From the UHGV virus genome UHGV-0193647: a DNA stretch of 32,674 nucleotides; one strand, 5' to 3'. Position 1 is the first letter of the stretch. Every line of letters begins with the position of its first letter. Positions 24,887-32,674 of the stretch are shown piece after piece. This DNA comes from a virus. The position numbers and the translations under genes were made by a program. A model generated the notes under the pieces. The model was not told the origin of the DNA, ran no database searches, and was given only the letters and a program-made list of their open reading frames with translations.

Positions 24887-25787
24887 CCGATCCCCCGATA
24901 ATGACGCGGGCGTCGGTGCAATAAGCCGCCTGCGTTTTATCCAGCACCACATCGGCCAGAGGTTCGCGCAGCTCGACGCGCTGAACCCCCTGCACATGCA
25001 ACGCGGCGTAAATCGCCGACATTCGGATGTCACGACCAAGGCGGCGCTGCTCCGTAATATAGGCAGTTAACTGCGCTTTTGCGGCGGCAAGAATCGGCTC
25101 GGTCGCTGGTCCGGGGGAAACATACAGCACTGCGTCGATCGCATAATTGACGATTTCAGCCGAGACGACTGTCAGGCGGTCAGCGACCGGTCGTACACTC
25201 TCATCATTTAGCGCGGTACTGACGGCCAGCAATAAATCATCCGACGCCGTGCCGTCACCTTCCCGCGATAGTACCGCGATAGTGACCTCAGCTGGAGCCG
25301 GGCTATTAGCCGAAGCATCCGCGACACGTCCGTCGGCACTCAGGGCGTGAAATTCATAGGCACCGGTTGGCCCAGCAACACTCATACCCTCAAATGCCGC
25401 CGGTACGCGCTGACGTAAATCACTGTCAGATTCCATGACCGCCGCCACCGGCGGGATTTGGGTCTCGTCTCCGGGGGTGATGACCAGGCGTTCAACGTTA
25501 TTATTTGCCGCGAGCTGGTCGAGGTCGTTTTTGATGGCATAGGCCACCATCCCGGCTTTCGCCGCCTCGTTAATGCGCTGGCGTAAAATCACCTCACGAT
25601 AGGCATTCTCTTCGAGATATTTCACCAGTGGCTCAGACTCCAGCGTTAATGTCCTGGCGACCGCTTCCTGCTCATCTTCCGGGTACAGTGAAATCAGCGT
25701 CGCTTTGCGCTCGGCGAGGATGGTTTCAAAATCCAGTGTTTCCACCACATCAGGCGCGGGGAGCTGGCTCAGGTCGATAACTGCCAT
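24879..25787 (-). CDS. J: baseplate wedge protein gpJ-like
   Basis: 302 aa, the P2 J size, lying between W and I. Confidence 0.8.
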   Translation of the reverse strand: MAVIDLSQLPAPDVVETLDFETILAERKATLISLYPEDEQEAVARTLTLESEPLVKYLEENAYREVILRQRINEAAKAGMVAYAIKNDLDQLAANNNVERLVITPGDETQIPPVAAVMESDSDLRQRVPAAFEGMSVAGPTGAYEFHALSADGRVADASANSPAPAEVTIAVLSREGDGTASDDLLLAVSTALNDESVRPVADRLTVVSAEIVNYAIDAVLYVSPGPATEPILAAAKAQLTAYITEQRRLGRDIRMSAIYAALHVQGVQRVELREPLADVVLDKTQAAYCTDARVIIGGSDE

Positions 25788-25791
25788 AGGT

Positions 25792-26139
25792 TCAACTCAC
25801 AGGGATGGTTAAGGAAAGGCTCTTACCGGTATCGGTGATTTGGCCGGTCACGTTGACGACCATCTGCCCGTTAAACTGCCGCGCTGTGGTGATGCTGGTC
25901 AGCCTGACGCGCGGCTCCCACTTCAGGATCGCCATGTAGCACGCGGCCATAATTTGCAGCTCAAGTGCCGGTGTCTGAGGCTGGTCAATCATCTGCGACA
26001 ACAGCGAGCCGTATTCACGACGCATGACGCGGGAGCCGACGGGCGTGCGCAGAATATCCCCGATGCTCTGACTGATATGGTCAACGTCTGAAATGCTTTC
26101 ACCGGTCGTGCGGTTCATGCCGAGATAACGCGCCGTCAT
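25792..26139 (-). CDS. W: baseplate protein gpW-like (GPW/gp25 family)
   Basis: MTARYLGMNRTTGESISDVDHISQSIGDILRTPVGSRVMRREYGSLL.. is near-collinear with P2 W (MTARYLGMNR..HISQSIGDILRTPVGSRVMRRDYGSLL). 115 aa from Met at 26139. Confidence 0.9.
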   Translation of the reverse strand: MTARYLGMNRTTGESISDVDHISQSIGDILRTPVGSRVMRREYGSLLSQMIDQPQTPALELQIMAACYMAILKWEPRVRLTSITTARQFNGQMVVNVTGQITDTGKSLSLTIPVS

Positions 26140-26777
26140 TGGGTGCCCTCCGTCCATTCATCGCCGCGCCTGATGCCGCCGTGGCCGTGTTTATCCACCT
26201 GCACACCGTTGGAAGTGAAAGCGCCGCCGCTGTGCTCGATATCACCTGACATCTTGCCGCCTTGCTTCACCTCCAGCGTGCCGGTCGTCAGCTTGTTGGT
26301 GCAGACCACCTCCGGTGTATCGAGGGTGACGCGGGTCTCGGCTTTTACCAGCACCACCGGCACGCTGACGGCAACCGAATCGGATGCGGTCACATCGGCG
26401 GTTTTAATGCCGGTGACGGTCAGCGCGCCGGTTTCCGGCTCATAACTCATAACGGCACCGTCGGGAAATTCAACGTGCCAGGCATCAGCAGAGGCCGACG
26501 GCGCGGGGTTGTCGTCGGAATAAATACCCGGCAGCACAAAAGCGGTATCGAGCTCACCGCCCACGGCCAGAATCATCACCTGCTCACCAATGGAGGGAGC
26601 CCACCAGGTGCGCGAGCGCCCGGCCCGATGCGTCAGCCACTGGAGCCAGTCGGTATAAATGCCGCCGGTCTGCACGCGACAGCGCCCGGCGTCGAGGTCA
26701 GTTTCGACGACGATTCCGGTGCGGATCATGTTGCGTATCGCGCGGGCGAGTTCCTGGATAGATGCGAGTGTATTCAT
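26136..26777 (-). CDS. V: baseplate spike protein gpV-like
   Basis: MNTLASIQELARAIRNMIRTGIVVETDLDAGRCRVQTGG..DWLQWLTHRAGRSRTWWAPS.. matches P2 V. 213 aa from Met at 26777. Confidence 0.9.
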   Translation of the reverse strand: MNTLASIQELARAIRNMIRTGIVVETDLDAGRCRVQTGGIYTDWLQWLTHRAGRSRTWWAPSIGEQVMILAVGGELDTAFVLPGIYSDDNPAPSASADAWHVEFPDGAVMSYEPETGALTVTGIKTADVTASDSVAVSVPVVLVKAETRVTLDTPEVVCTNKLTTGTLEVKQGGKMSGDIEHSGGAFTSNGVQVDKHGHGGIRRGDEWTEGTQ

Positions 26778-26845
26778 AGGGGAAAGGATGCCGCCGGGGT
26801 GTTCCGGCGGCAATCTGCGGGCGTTTTGCCCTGGCTGGCACAACG

Positions 26846-27295
26846 TTAATCGGCGAGGTAGTCGATAATGACGCTTTCCACAAGCTGCCGGTCATCTTCG
26901 GTAAAGCCCAGGAGCTGACGCTGTGGGTACTCGACGGCGGCGCTTTTGGGGGATGGTTTATCCTTGAGCCCGAGCTGATGCACGCGGGCGATGCGCTGCA
27001 CTTTCCCGGTAAATTCCACCACCGCCGCGCTGTCGTTACCGCTCGCTTTCATATAGCGATTGGTGCGCAGCTTCGCAAACATCTCGCGCTTAATCCGGCC
27101 TTGCTTTGCCCTGACGGGCGGGCGCTTACGCGGGGCAAATGGCGAACCGTCCGGCGCTTTTTGCGATTTAATGCGCTGTTGTTGCCGCTGGCGCAGTTTC
27201 TTCGCAATATCGGCGGTCATCCGACGACGCCCGGCGGGGGAAAGGGCCGCTATCAATCCGGCGAGCTTGTCCTCAAAGGGTTTGAAGTCATTCAT
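26846..27295 (-). CDS. S: tail completion protein gpS-like
   Basis: 149 aa, after R as in P2. Confidence 0.75.
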   Translation of the reverse strand: MNDFKPFEDKLAGLIAALSPAGRRRMTADIAKKLRQRQQQRIKSQKAPDGSPFAPRKRPPVRAKQGRIKREMFAKLRTNRYMKASGNDSAAVVEFTGKVQRIARVHQLGLKDKPSPKSAAVEYPQRQLLGFTEDDRQLVESVIIDYLAD

Positions 27296-27755
27296 CCCAT
27301 TTACTCACCAGTTCGCCATTACTCCATATCTCGACAGGGCTCGTCACCAGCTCCGGCGGTGGCGGCTCCGGGATGTTCTCAACGTACATTGCGCCGTCGA
27401 CCTCGTTGACCAGCGTGCGCTCGGTCAGCAACAGGCTGATGCTGACATCGAGGCTGCTGTCGTTATTAATGTCAGCGAACCAGGCAAATCCGTTTTTTCT
27501 CCCCTCGTCGGTTGTCATGATGTCCGGTTGATTGACCCGCAGCCAGGCCATAATCGGCACAAACAGCAGGTCAATATCGTCGGTAAAATCCGTGACCACG
27601 ATGTTAAGCGTGTACCGCTTTTCAAACGACAGGGAGCGCGCCAGCGTCGCCGTATTGTTGCCATCGTCCAGGCGAAGGTGAAGCATATCGGGGTTGGTAC
27701 GCAGTACCGGTACCGCATCAGTTAAGGCTTTTCGCAGACTGTTGGGCTTTAACAT
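27288..27755 (-). CDS. R: tail completion protein gpR-like
   Basis: MLKPNSLRKALTDAVPVLRTNPDMLHL..TLNIVVTDFTDDIDLLFVPIMAWLRVNQPDIMTTDEGRKNGF.. matches P2 R. 155 aa from Met at 27755, the P2 R length. The ORF track starts at 27764. Confidence 0.85.
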   Translation of the reverse strand: MLKPNSLRKALTDAVPVLRTNPDMLHLRLDDGNNTATLARSLSFEKRYTLNIVVTDFTDDIDLLFVPIMAWLRVNQPDIMTTDEGRKNGFAWFADINNDSSLDVSISLLLTERTLVNEVDGAMYVENIPEPPPPELVTSPVEIWSNGELVSKWDE

Positions 27756-28014
27756 CGATTTCATCCTGGCATTGTTTAACCGTATCGACCTGGATTGCGC
27801 AGCTTTTCAGTGCGTTTTCGAGCTGGCGTATATCCGCACTCAGGTCGCCATTAGTCAGCGGGTCGCTGCCCGGCATCGGGCAGGGACTGACCTTCGGGCA
27901 GGCGTTGTAAACAATCACCGGCGGCGGCGTTGGTACAGGCGGCGCGCTGGTGCAACCGGCGCACAGCATCAGGTAAATCAGCGCGATACCAGCGGCGAAA
28001 CGCGTCATTTTCAT
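27718..28014 (-). CDS. lysC: o-spanin (LysC/Rz1-like outer-membrane lipoprotein), embedded in and out of frame with the LysB/R overlap
   Basis: MKMTRFAAGIALIYLMLCAGCTSAPPVPTPPPV.. has a signal peptide with a Cys-containing lipobox-like LCAGC followed by a proline-rich segment. It is nested in the 3' half of the i-spanin gene, as for P2 lysC and lambda Rz1. Confidence 0.6.
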   Translation of the reverse strand: MKMTRFAAGIALIYLMLCAGCTSAPPVPTPPPVIVYNACPKVSPCPMPGSDPLTNGDLSADIRQLENALKSCAIQVDTVKQCQDEIDVKAQQSAKSLN

Positions 28015-28282
28015 TGAGTAACCTCGTGATAGTTTGTTCACGCCGAAAGGCCAGCAGGTTAGCCGCCGTGAGCTTATCCCTCATGGCAACCTGCGCCAGC
28101 TCTTTGCGCTGCGACTGCTCTGCGGCAACGTTGAGCTGATTTTTCAGCATGGTGATCGTGGTTTTCTGCGTACCGGCGACCCGGTTCGCACGTTCAAATG
28201 AGGCGCGCAAATTGCTGTTATCGTGTCTCATCCACAGCAGACCCGCACAGGCCAGCGCCAGCAGGAGAATCACTATCTTCAT
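27851..28282 (-). CDS. lysB: i-spanin (LysB/Rz-like)
   Basis: From Met MKIVILLLALACAGLLW.. there is an N-terminal TM helix and then a charged coiled-coil region. An ATGA overlap joins it to the endolysin stop. The ORF track begins with a non-ATG start 9 codons upstream. Confidence 0.7.
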   Translation of the reverse strand: MKIVILLLALACAGLLWMRHDNSNLRASFERANRVAGTQKTTITMLKNQLNVAAEQSQRKELAQVAMRDKLTAANLLAFRREQTITRLLNENDAFRRWYRADLPDAVRRLHQRAACTNAAAGDCLQRLPEGQSLPDAGQRPAD

Positions 28283-28776
28283 GCAGTTCCCCCTCCGGCC
28301 TTGCGCCACACTGCGACCAGCTTGTCGAGGCTGTGCTCACGCTGACCGTATCCGGCACCCGGCAATGAAGCCCAGATATTGCGACAGCGGGAAATCGCGC
28401 GCTCGATGCGCCCTTGCTGCAAATCTTCCAGCGCGCCACGCTCCCGAATAAGCTGAATGGCGAGCCTGTCCTGTGATACCGGGCTGAAATCCGGCAAAGC
28501 GAGCTGTTTCTGATAATGCGGCCAGAACAGATAAAGCTGCTGGTAACGCCCAGATGCCGTGGATTTTTCCCCGCGACGATTGAAGACCTTCGCCGGGCGC
28601 CCACCGGCGAACGGGTGATCGCGATAATCGGTAAAAATCTCCGGCTTGCCATCGATACCCGTGACGATAACGTCGTAACCGTTGTTTCGGGTCAGCGGAT
28701 GCGTTGCTGTCCCTTCCGAAAATGCCAGCGTGTCGAGGAATGCCGCAACGTTGGGATGTGTCTTAATGACTGCCAT
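28279..28776 (-). CDS. K: endolysin (lysozyme-like), gpK-like
   Basis: MAVIKTHPNVAAFLDTLAFSEGTATHPLTRNNGYDVIVTGIDGKPEIFTDYRDHPFAGGRPAKVFNRRGEKSTASGRYQQLY.. is near-collinear with P2 K. 165 aa from Met at 28776. Confidence 0.9.
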   Translation of the reverse strand: MAVIKTHPNVAAFLDTLAFSEGTATHPLTRNNGYDVIVTGIDGKPEIFTDYRDHPFAGGRPAKVFNRRGEKSTASGRYQQLYLFWPHYQKQLALPDFSPVSQDRLAIQLIRERGALEDLQQGRIERAISRCRNIWASLPGAGYGQREHSLDKLVAVWRKAGGGTA

Positions 28777-29053
28777 CGTTTTCCCCTTTTTTAATCTTGC
28801 GCTGGATAGCAAGCTCTACCGCCTGATAACCGGCGATACCCAGCATGGAGCCAAATCCGCACACGGCCGCAGTTGGCAGGTCTGGAAACTGTACCAGGGC
28901 AACCCCGGCCACCATCGAAACAAAGCCACCCAGCAACGTGCGACCAATAAAAAGACGTGCGGTGATCGGTTCACCACCGGCCAGCACTTTACCGACGACA
29001 ATCAGCGCGCCGATTATAAAAAGCGAAATGACGCTTTTTTCCCCTTCCGTCAT
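28763..29053 (-). CDS. Y: holin, gpY-like
   Basis: 96 aa with three hydrophobic helices (SVISLFIIGALIVVGKVLAG, LLGGFVSMVAGVALV, VCGFGSMLGIAGY) and a charged C-terminus. It is directly upstream of the endolysin. Confidence 0.75.
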   Translation of the reverse strand: MTEGEKSVISLFIIGALIVVGKVLAGGEPITARLFIGRTLLGGFVSMVAGVALVQFPDLPTAAVCGFGSMLGIAGYQAVELAIQRKIKKGENDGSH

Positions 29054-29057
29054 GTGG

Positions 29058-29261
29058 TTACTCCCAGAGGTTTATGGTTTCTGTTACGGGGGATGACTTA
29101 ACATCAGGTAGCTCGATCACAGTGCCATGAGGCAATACTGCGCCGAGCTCGGCTAACCCCGGATTTGCGGCGAGCACCGACTCGAAGACCCCCTCAGTGC
29201 GCCCGTAATACCGGGCGCAAATCATGTCGAGCGTGTCGCCCTGTTGCGCGATGGCCTGCAT
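29058..29261 (-). CDS. X: tail protein gpX-like (LysM-like)
   Basis: MQAIAQQGDTLDMICARYYGRTEGVFESVLAANPGLAELGAVLPHGTVIELPDVKSSPVTETINLWE matches P2 X (..LQGDTLDAICVRYYGRTEGVVETVLAANPGLAELGAVLPHGT..ETVNLWE). 67 aa. Its ATG overlaps the L stop by 1 nt. The ORF track start at 29330 lies inside L. Confidence 0.9.
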   Translation of the reverse strand: MQAIAQQGDTLDMICARYYGRTEGVFESVLAANPGLAELGAVLPHGTVIELPDVKSSPVTETINLWE

Positions 29262-29767
29262 CAGATTTGGCTCACGATGCAGCGGGGTTTGTCCTGGACG
29301 CGTGATACCGCCCAGCGCATGTCCCGCCACAGCTCGTCGACAGTGGTATCGATGCTGTCGGCTTTCTTGTCACCTTTGGCGCTGGCATCCACACCGCGAT
29401 AACGCTCATAGAGCGTGGCGGTCGCCATTGAGGTGACGGCGCGCAGGTAATAGAAAACTCGCACACTCTCACCGTCGAGATCGTCAGCCGGCACGTCGGC
29501 CAGCTTGCTAAAACCCCCGGCAATCTGCTGTTCCCGCCACAAAAACAGCTCGGCATTGGTTTCGGCGATGCCGGTTTTGATGGCCTCACGCAGCCGGGCC
29601 GGGGCGACGGTCTGCTCAAGTCGCATCCCTTCACGCACGCGTTTCGGGTCGATGTCAGGAAAGAAAAACGTATTTTTTATCACCGGCTCATCGCTGGCAG
29701 GCGGCGGGATGATCACCACGCCACCCGGCTGCGGCTCATCGTTCTTTTTAATAATCAGCGTCGTCAT
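29261..29767 (-). CDS. L: head completion/stabilisation protein gpL-like
   Basis: 168 aa, between M and X as in P2. Confidence 0.8.
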   Translation of the reverse strand: MTTLIIKKNDEPQPGGVVIIPPPASDEPVIKNTFFFPDIDPKRVREGMRLEQTVAPARLREAIKTGIAETNAELFLWREQQIAGGFSKLADVPADDLDGESVRVFYYLRAVTSMATATLYERYRGVDASAKGDKKADSIDTTVDELWRDMRWAVSRVQDKPRCIVSQI

Positions 29768-29863
29768 GACTACCTCTGAATAGGTGGGCGGTGGACGCCG
29801 GTCTCAGGTCAGGTAAAACACCCTCATCGACCGGCGTGCCGCCCTGGCGCGGGGCGCATTCTG

Positions 29864-30607
29864 TTAACCGACGGTCTTTTTCGGGCGGCCACGTTTAGCC
29901 GGTGCCGTGGTTTTCACGGCGCGCGGCGCTCTTACCGGGGCTTTAACGACTGTTGCCGGTTTGGGCTTCAGCTCTCGCTCAAGCCGTTCAATGTCTTTTT
30001 TGACGCCTGCCTGACAGTCGAGCTGCATCGCTCGCTTGAGGTGGGCCAGCGCGTCGGCGGGCTGTTTGTTGTCCCGCAGCACCAAGCCGGTGATTTTGTG
30101 CAGTTTTGCGCGCACCTCATCAGGCATATCGGCGGCGGCGGTCAGCGCCAGCGTGTCGAGCAGCTGGCTGACGACGACCGGTTCACCGGCGGCATGGGCG
30201 CGCATGGCGGCGAGCGCCACCTCTTCGGTAAACATGTACTGCGGCGGGCGGCGGTGTTTGCCTGGCATGGTCAGACCGTACTTAAACGCGTAGCGGGCAA
30301 TATCCATCGCGCCGCCGATATCGCCGACATCGAGACGCCATAGCATGACGGTCATCACGATGTCATCCTGTGCACCTTTGCCCTGTTCCAGCACGCCACT
30401 GACCCACGGCAGATAGAACGGCAGCAGCTCGCGCTTTTTCGTGGCTTTCAGCTCTTTACCAAAGATGGCTTTTAACGTGCGTTGGTCTGCGGCCAGCTTA
30501 ACCAGCATCTGCTCGTAGGCAGTGGCATGCCGCAGCGGGTTGTTTTCCCGCTGCGCGGTTTCAATGGCCGAGACCCGCATCATGTGACGCTGTGCGGGGC
30601 TCGTCAT
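29864..30607 (-). CDS. M: terminase small (endonuclease) subunit gpM-like
   Basis: 247 aa, directly after N. It has a basic C-terminal tail (..KRGRPKKTVG) and matches P2 M in size. Confidence 0.8.
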   Translation of the reverse strand: MTSPAQRHMMRVSAIETAQRENNPLRHATAYEQMLVKLAADQRTLKAIFGKELKATKKRELLPFYLPWVSGVLEQGKGAQDDIVMTVMLWRLDVGDIGGAMDIARYAFKYGLTMPGKHRRPPQYMFTEEVALAAMRAHAAGEPVVVSQLLDTLALTAAADMPDEVRAKLHKITGLVLRDNKQPADALAHLKRAMQLDCQAGVKKDIERLERELKPKPATVVKAPVRAPRAVKTTAPAKRGRPKKTVG

Positions 30608-30610
30608 CGG

Positions 30611-31669
30611 TTAGCCCTCCGGTTGTGCGGCAGAGAAATCGCCCAGCTTGATATTTTCAATGAAGCACCCGGCGGCGTAGGTTTCGACCACGTAATCGAT
30701 GTTCATCGATTCGTAGTTTTCCACTTGGTCGAGTTTCGGGTTTTCGATAATGGAGCGGCGATGACTTTCATCCATGAAATAGATGGACAGGTTATCGAGA
30801 CGCGTCACCATAATCGCGTTCGCCGGGAAGTACGGCACACGGACGGCGGGCAGGTTGCCGATGCGTTTCTGGCTGATGATGATGTCAGCCGCGAGCGCTT
30901 CGCTGTTGGGCTGGTCTTTGTTAACGATCGGGAAATATTTGTCGGCCAGCAGCTTACGGCCCACAATCGCTACAAGTTCGGCATCTTCCTGATAAATCTC
31001 GTCAATCAGGTTGTCGGTTGCATCCATGACCAGCGCATCGAGGTTAACGTAATCGCCGTTTTTACCCACACGGATCACAGCGGAAACAACATTCCCTTCT
31101 TCGTCGACAATTTTGCTCATCACGCGGGTCGGCGCTTCATTACGGTATTTCTGCAGCCAGCCGACGGCGACGTCCTGCAACATCGGATGAGTGGCGCGGT
31201 CTGAGGTTTCGGCGCGCTCAACGCCGTTGAATCCGGCCATGATGAAATCGAGCGCCTGCCGCTGGATGATGGCATCGCGAATACGGCGCTGGAAGTCCTG
31301 GAAGCGCGCCCACAAATCCAGCTTTTTATATTTGAAGTGGAAGTCAAAGTTGACCTGATCGCACTCGTATTTTTTGGACTCCAGCGCGGTAAAGTCGGCG
31401 GTTTTACGCTCCTTGCCGCTGTTGGTGTCCGTGGTGCTGGCGATGGTGCCATTGACGCCGACGCCAATTTTTTCACCCTTCAGCTCATCCACCGGCACGA
31501 TATTAATTTTCTGCAAAAAGGCCGATGACATCTGCACGGTGTTCATCATGGTTTGCGTGACGGACGGCTCGACGGAGAATTTTTTACTCACGTCGTCCGG
31601 GTCGATGCCGTTCAGCTCGGCAACGCGGGACAGGTAGGCATTGAATTTAAAACGGGTTTCCTGACGCAT
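30611..31669 (-). CDS. N: major capsid protein gpN-like
   Basis: From the internal Met, MRQETRFKFNAYLSRVAELNGIDPDD.. matches the P2 N N-terminus. There is an AGGAAAG SD 5 nt upstream. 352 aa, compared with 357 aa for P2 N. The ORF track starts at 31711. Confidence 0.9.
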   Translation of the reverse strand: MRQETRFKFNAYLSRVAELNGIDPDDVSKKFSVEPSVTQTMMNTVQMSSAFLQKINIVPVDELKGEKIGVGVNGTIASTTDTNSGKERKTADFTALESKKYECDQVNFDFHFKYKKLDLWARFQDFQRRIRDAIIQRQALDFIMAGFNGVERAETSDRATHPMLQDVAVGWLQKYRNEAPTRVMSKIVDEEGNVVSAVIRVGKNGDYVNLDALVMDATDNLIDEIYQEDAELVAIVGRKLLADKYFPIVNKDQPNSEALAADIIISQKRIGNLPAVRVPYFPANAIMVTRLDNLSIYFMDESHRRSIIENPKLDQVENYESMNIDYVVETYAAGCFIENIKLGDFSAAQPEG

Positions 31670-31742
31670 AGTCTTTCCTGTTGGGTTAAATCGGGTTGTC
31701 TGACCGGGCAAGCCTGTCGCCCGGCGATAAATTCACGACCGT

Positions 31743-32597
31743 TTAGCAGTCGGTCAGCAGCTCATCGCCACCGCCACCGGTGGAGAGCTTGCGGCGTGGC
31801 TGCGTGGTGCTTTCTGTGTTATCCAGCGACGTTTTTAACTGGCTGAATGCCTGGCTGGTCTGGTCAGCCTTCGTGGTGACGTCCTTTTTCAGGGTCGCAA
31901 AGGCATTTTCCAGCGTGGCAAGACGCTGTTCAGTGGCAGTGAGGTTTTCCAGCACATGTTCACTGACGGTCGTCACGGCTTCATGCACATCCTGAAAACG
32001 GGCGTCATCGCTGGCCTGTTTGCGGCTGAAGATCGCTTTCACTTTGTCGCTCAGGGCGGTAAAGACATTTTCCGCCTGGTCTTCAAACTCCAGCTCGGCG
32101 AGAGTGGCGACGGAAATCAGGTTGCCCGGCTCGGCTTTGAAGCGGTTGAGGGGGTTAAATTTGGCACCCCGGCAAAATTCGAGGTATTCGGTGCCGAGGC
32201 TGGCCGGGTCATCGGTCACGGCGAGACCGACCAGGTAGCATTTACCGCTATTGGCGAAATTCGGCTGAATTTCCATTGAGGTGTAGACCTTCTGCAATTT
32301 TTTATTCATTGCGATCAGGTCATCGGTCGGGGTGATTTTGGCGAACAGCGCCAGCTTGCCTTTCAGTACCGAATCGTCGTCAATCTTTTCAGACTTCAGC
32401 TCAACCACATCGCCGTAACGGCTGAACGGGCCATCCGGCAGGATGCCCTTCAGGTGTTCGAGGTTAATGCGGCAACCATAGACGCGGGGGTCAAAGGTCT
32501 CTGCCATTTCCTGAATATCCGTCGCGCTGATAACGCGGCCGTCACAGGTATCGCCTTCGACGCCGATGCGAAACCATTTTGAAACTTTTTTTGCCAT
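31743..32597 (-). CDS. O: capsid scaffolding protein gpO-like
   Basis: 284 aa, the P2 O size. The N-terminus MAKKVSKWFRIGVEGDTCDGRVISATDIQEMAETFDPRVYGCRINLEHLKG is P2 O-like. It lies upstream of N. Confidence 0.85.
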   Translation of the reverse strand: MAKKVSKWFRIGVEGDTCDGRVISATDIQEMAETFDPRVYGCRINLEHLKGILPDGPFSRYGDVVELKSEKIDDDSVLKGKLALFAKITPTDDLIAMNKKLQKVYTSMEIQPNFANSGKCYLVGLAVTDDPASLGTEYLEFCRGAKFNPLNRFKAEPGNLISVATLAELEFEDQAENVFTALSDKVKAIFSRKQASDDARFQDVHEAVTTVSEHVLENLTATEQRLATLENAFATLKKDVTTKADQTSQAFSQLKTSLDNTESTTQPRRKLSTGGGGDELLTDC

Positions 32598-32674
32598 TGT
32601 CAGGAGTCCTGATATCGGGTTAACGGGTCGGGGTTAGTTTCCCGACGTCGCCGCCCACCCGCTATCAATCCCGG

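Larger units (their letters stand above)
1..32674. mobile_element. Complete 186/P2-like (Peduovirinae-type) temperate phage genome, circularly permuted (ends fall in the O-P intergenic region)
   Basis: Translated ORFs show a full P2/186 gene set in P2 synteny. cos, an unsplit attP, int, cI, apl, cII, A, tum and B/ogr are present. O at the window end and P at the window start are divergent neighbours if the ends are joined. Confidence 0.85.

Noticed and set aside
28218-28652. 144-aa ORF in an alternative frame of the endolysin gene
   Set aside because: It is fully nested in the strongly supported K endolysin in another frame. It is Arg/Ser-rich junk. P2 lysA would lie downstream of K, not inside it.
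1-32674. CRISPR arrays, IS elements, rRNA genes, toxin-antitoxin pairs
   Set aside because: No regularly spaced direct repeats, terminal inverted repeats with a transposase, or rRNA-like sequence were seen. Two-gene pairs with 4-nt overlaps in the early operon are ordinary P2-family small ORFs, not recognisable TA modules.
32598-32674. Ogr/B late-promoter dyads (TGT-N12-ACA) in the O-P intergenic region
   Set aside because: I found only an imperfect TGT-N12-TAT overlapping the palindrome. The region is split by the window ends, and I cannot score it reliably by eye.

Overview
The window looks like a complete, circularly permuted genome of a temperate P2-family (186-like) phage of an enterobacterium, about 32.7 kb. 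I identified it from the translated ORFs. It carries the 19-nt cos site, terminase P and portal Q genes, an O-N-M-L-X-Y-K-spanin-R-S-V-W-J-I-fibre-FI-FII-E/E'-T-U-D late cluster, the Ogr/B zinc-finger activator, and an attP core that is the 3' part of a tRNA-Ile2/Met-like gene with terminators on both sides. The early region is 186-type: int, cI, apl, cII, replication gene A and an SOS-controlled Tum antirepressor behind a perfect LexA box. O (minus strand, at the window end) and P (plus strand, at the window start) are divergent neighbours only if the ends are joined, and attP is unsplit. This is therefore the phage or episomal form, not an integrated prophage with host flanks. The backbone is GC-rich. 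Several visibly AT-rich cargo islands sit exactly at known variable positions of P2-like phages. (1) A two-gene membrane-protein cassette lies between cos and tum/A, in the position of P2 tin/old. (2) A membrane-anchored WYL-domain protein lies between cI and int. (3) A 257-aa membrane protein is translationally coupled to int, next to attP. These are the best candidates for an undescribed anti-phage or superinfection-exclusion system. The tail-fibre module is also unusual: a 698-aa spike with sialidase-type Asp-box repeats lacks the gpH anchor domain, and a separate short fibre carries that domain. Fine coordinates of non-ORF features may be off by 1-2 nt.
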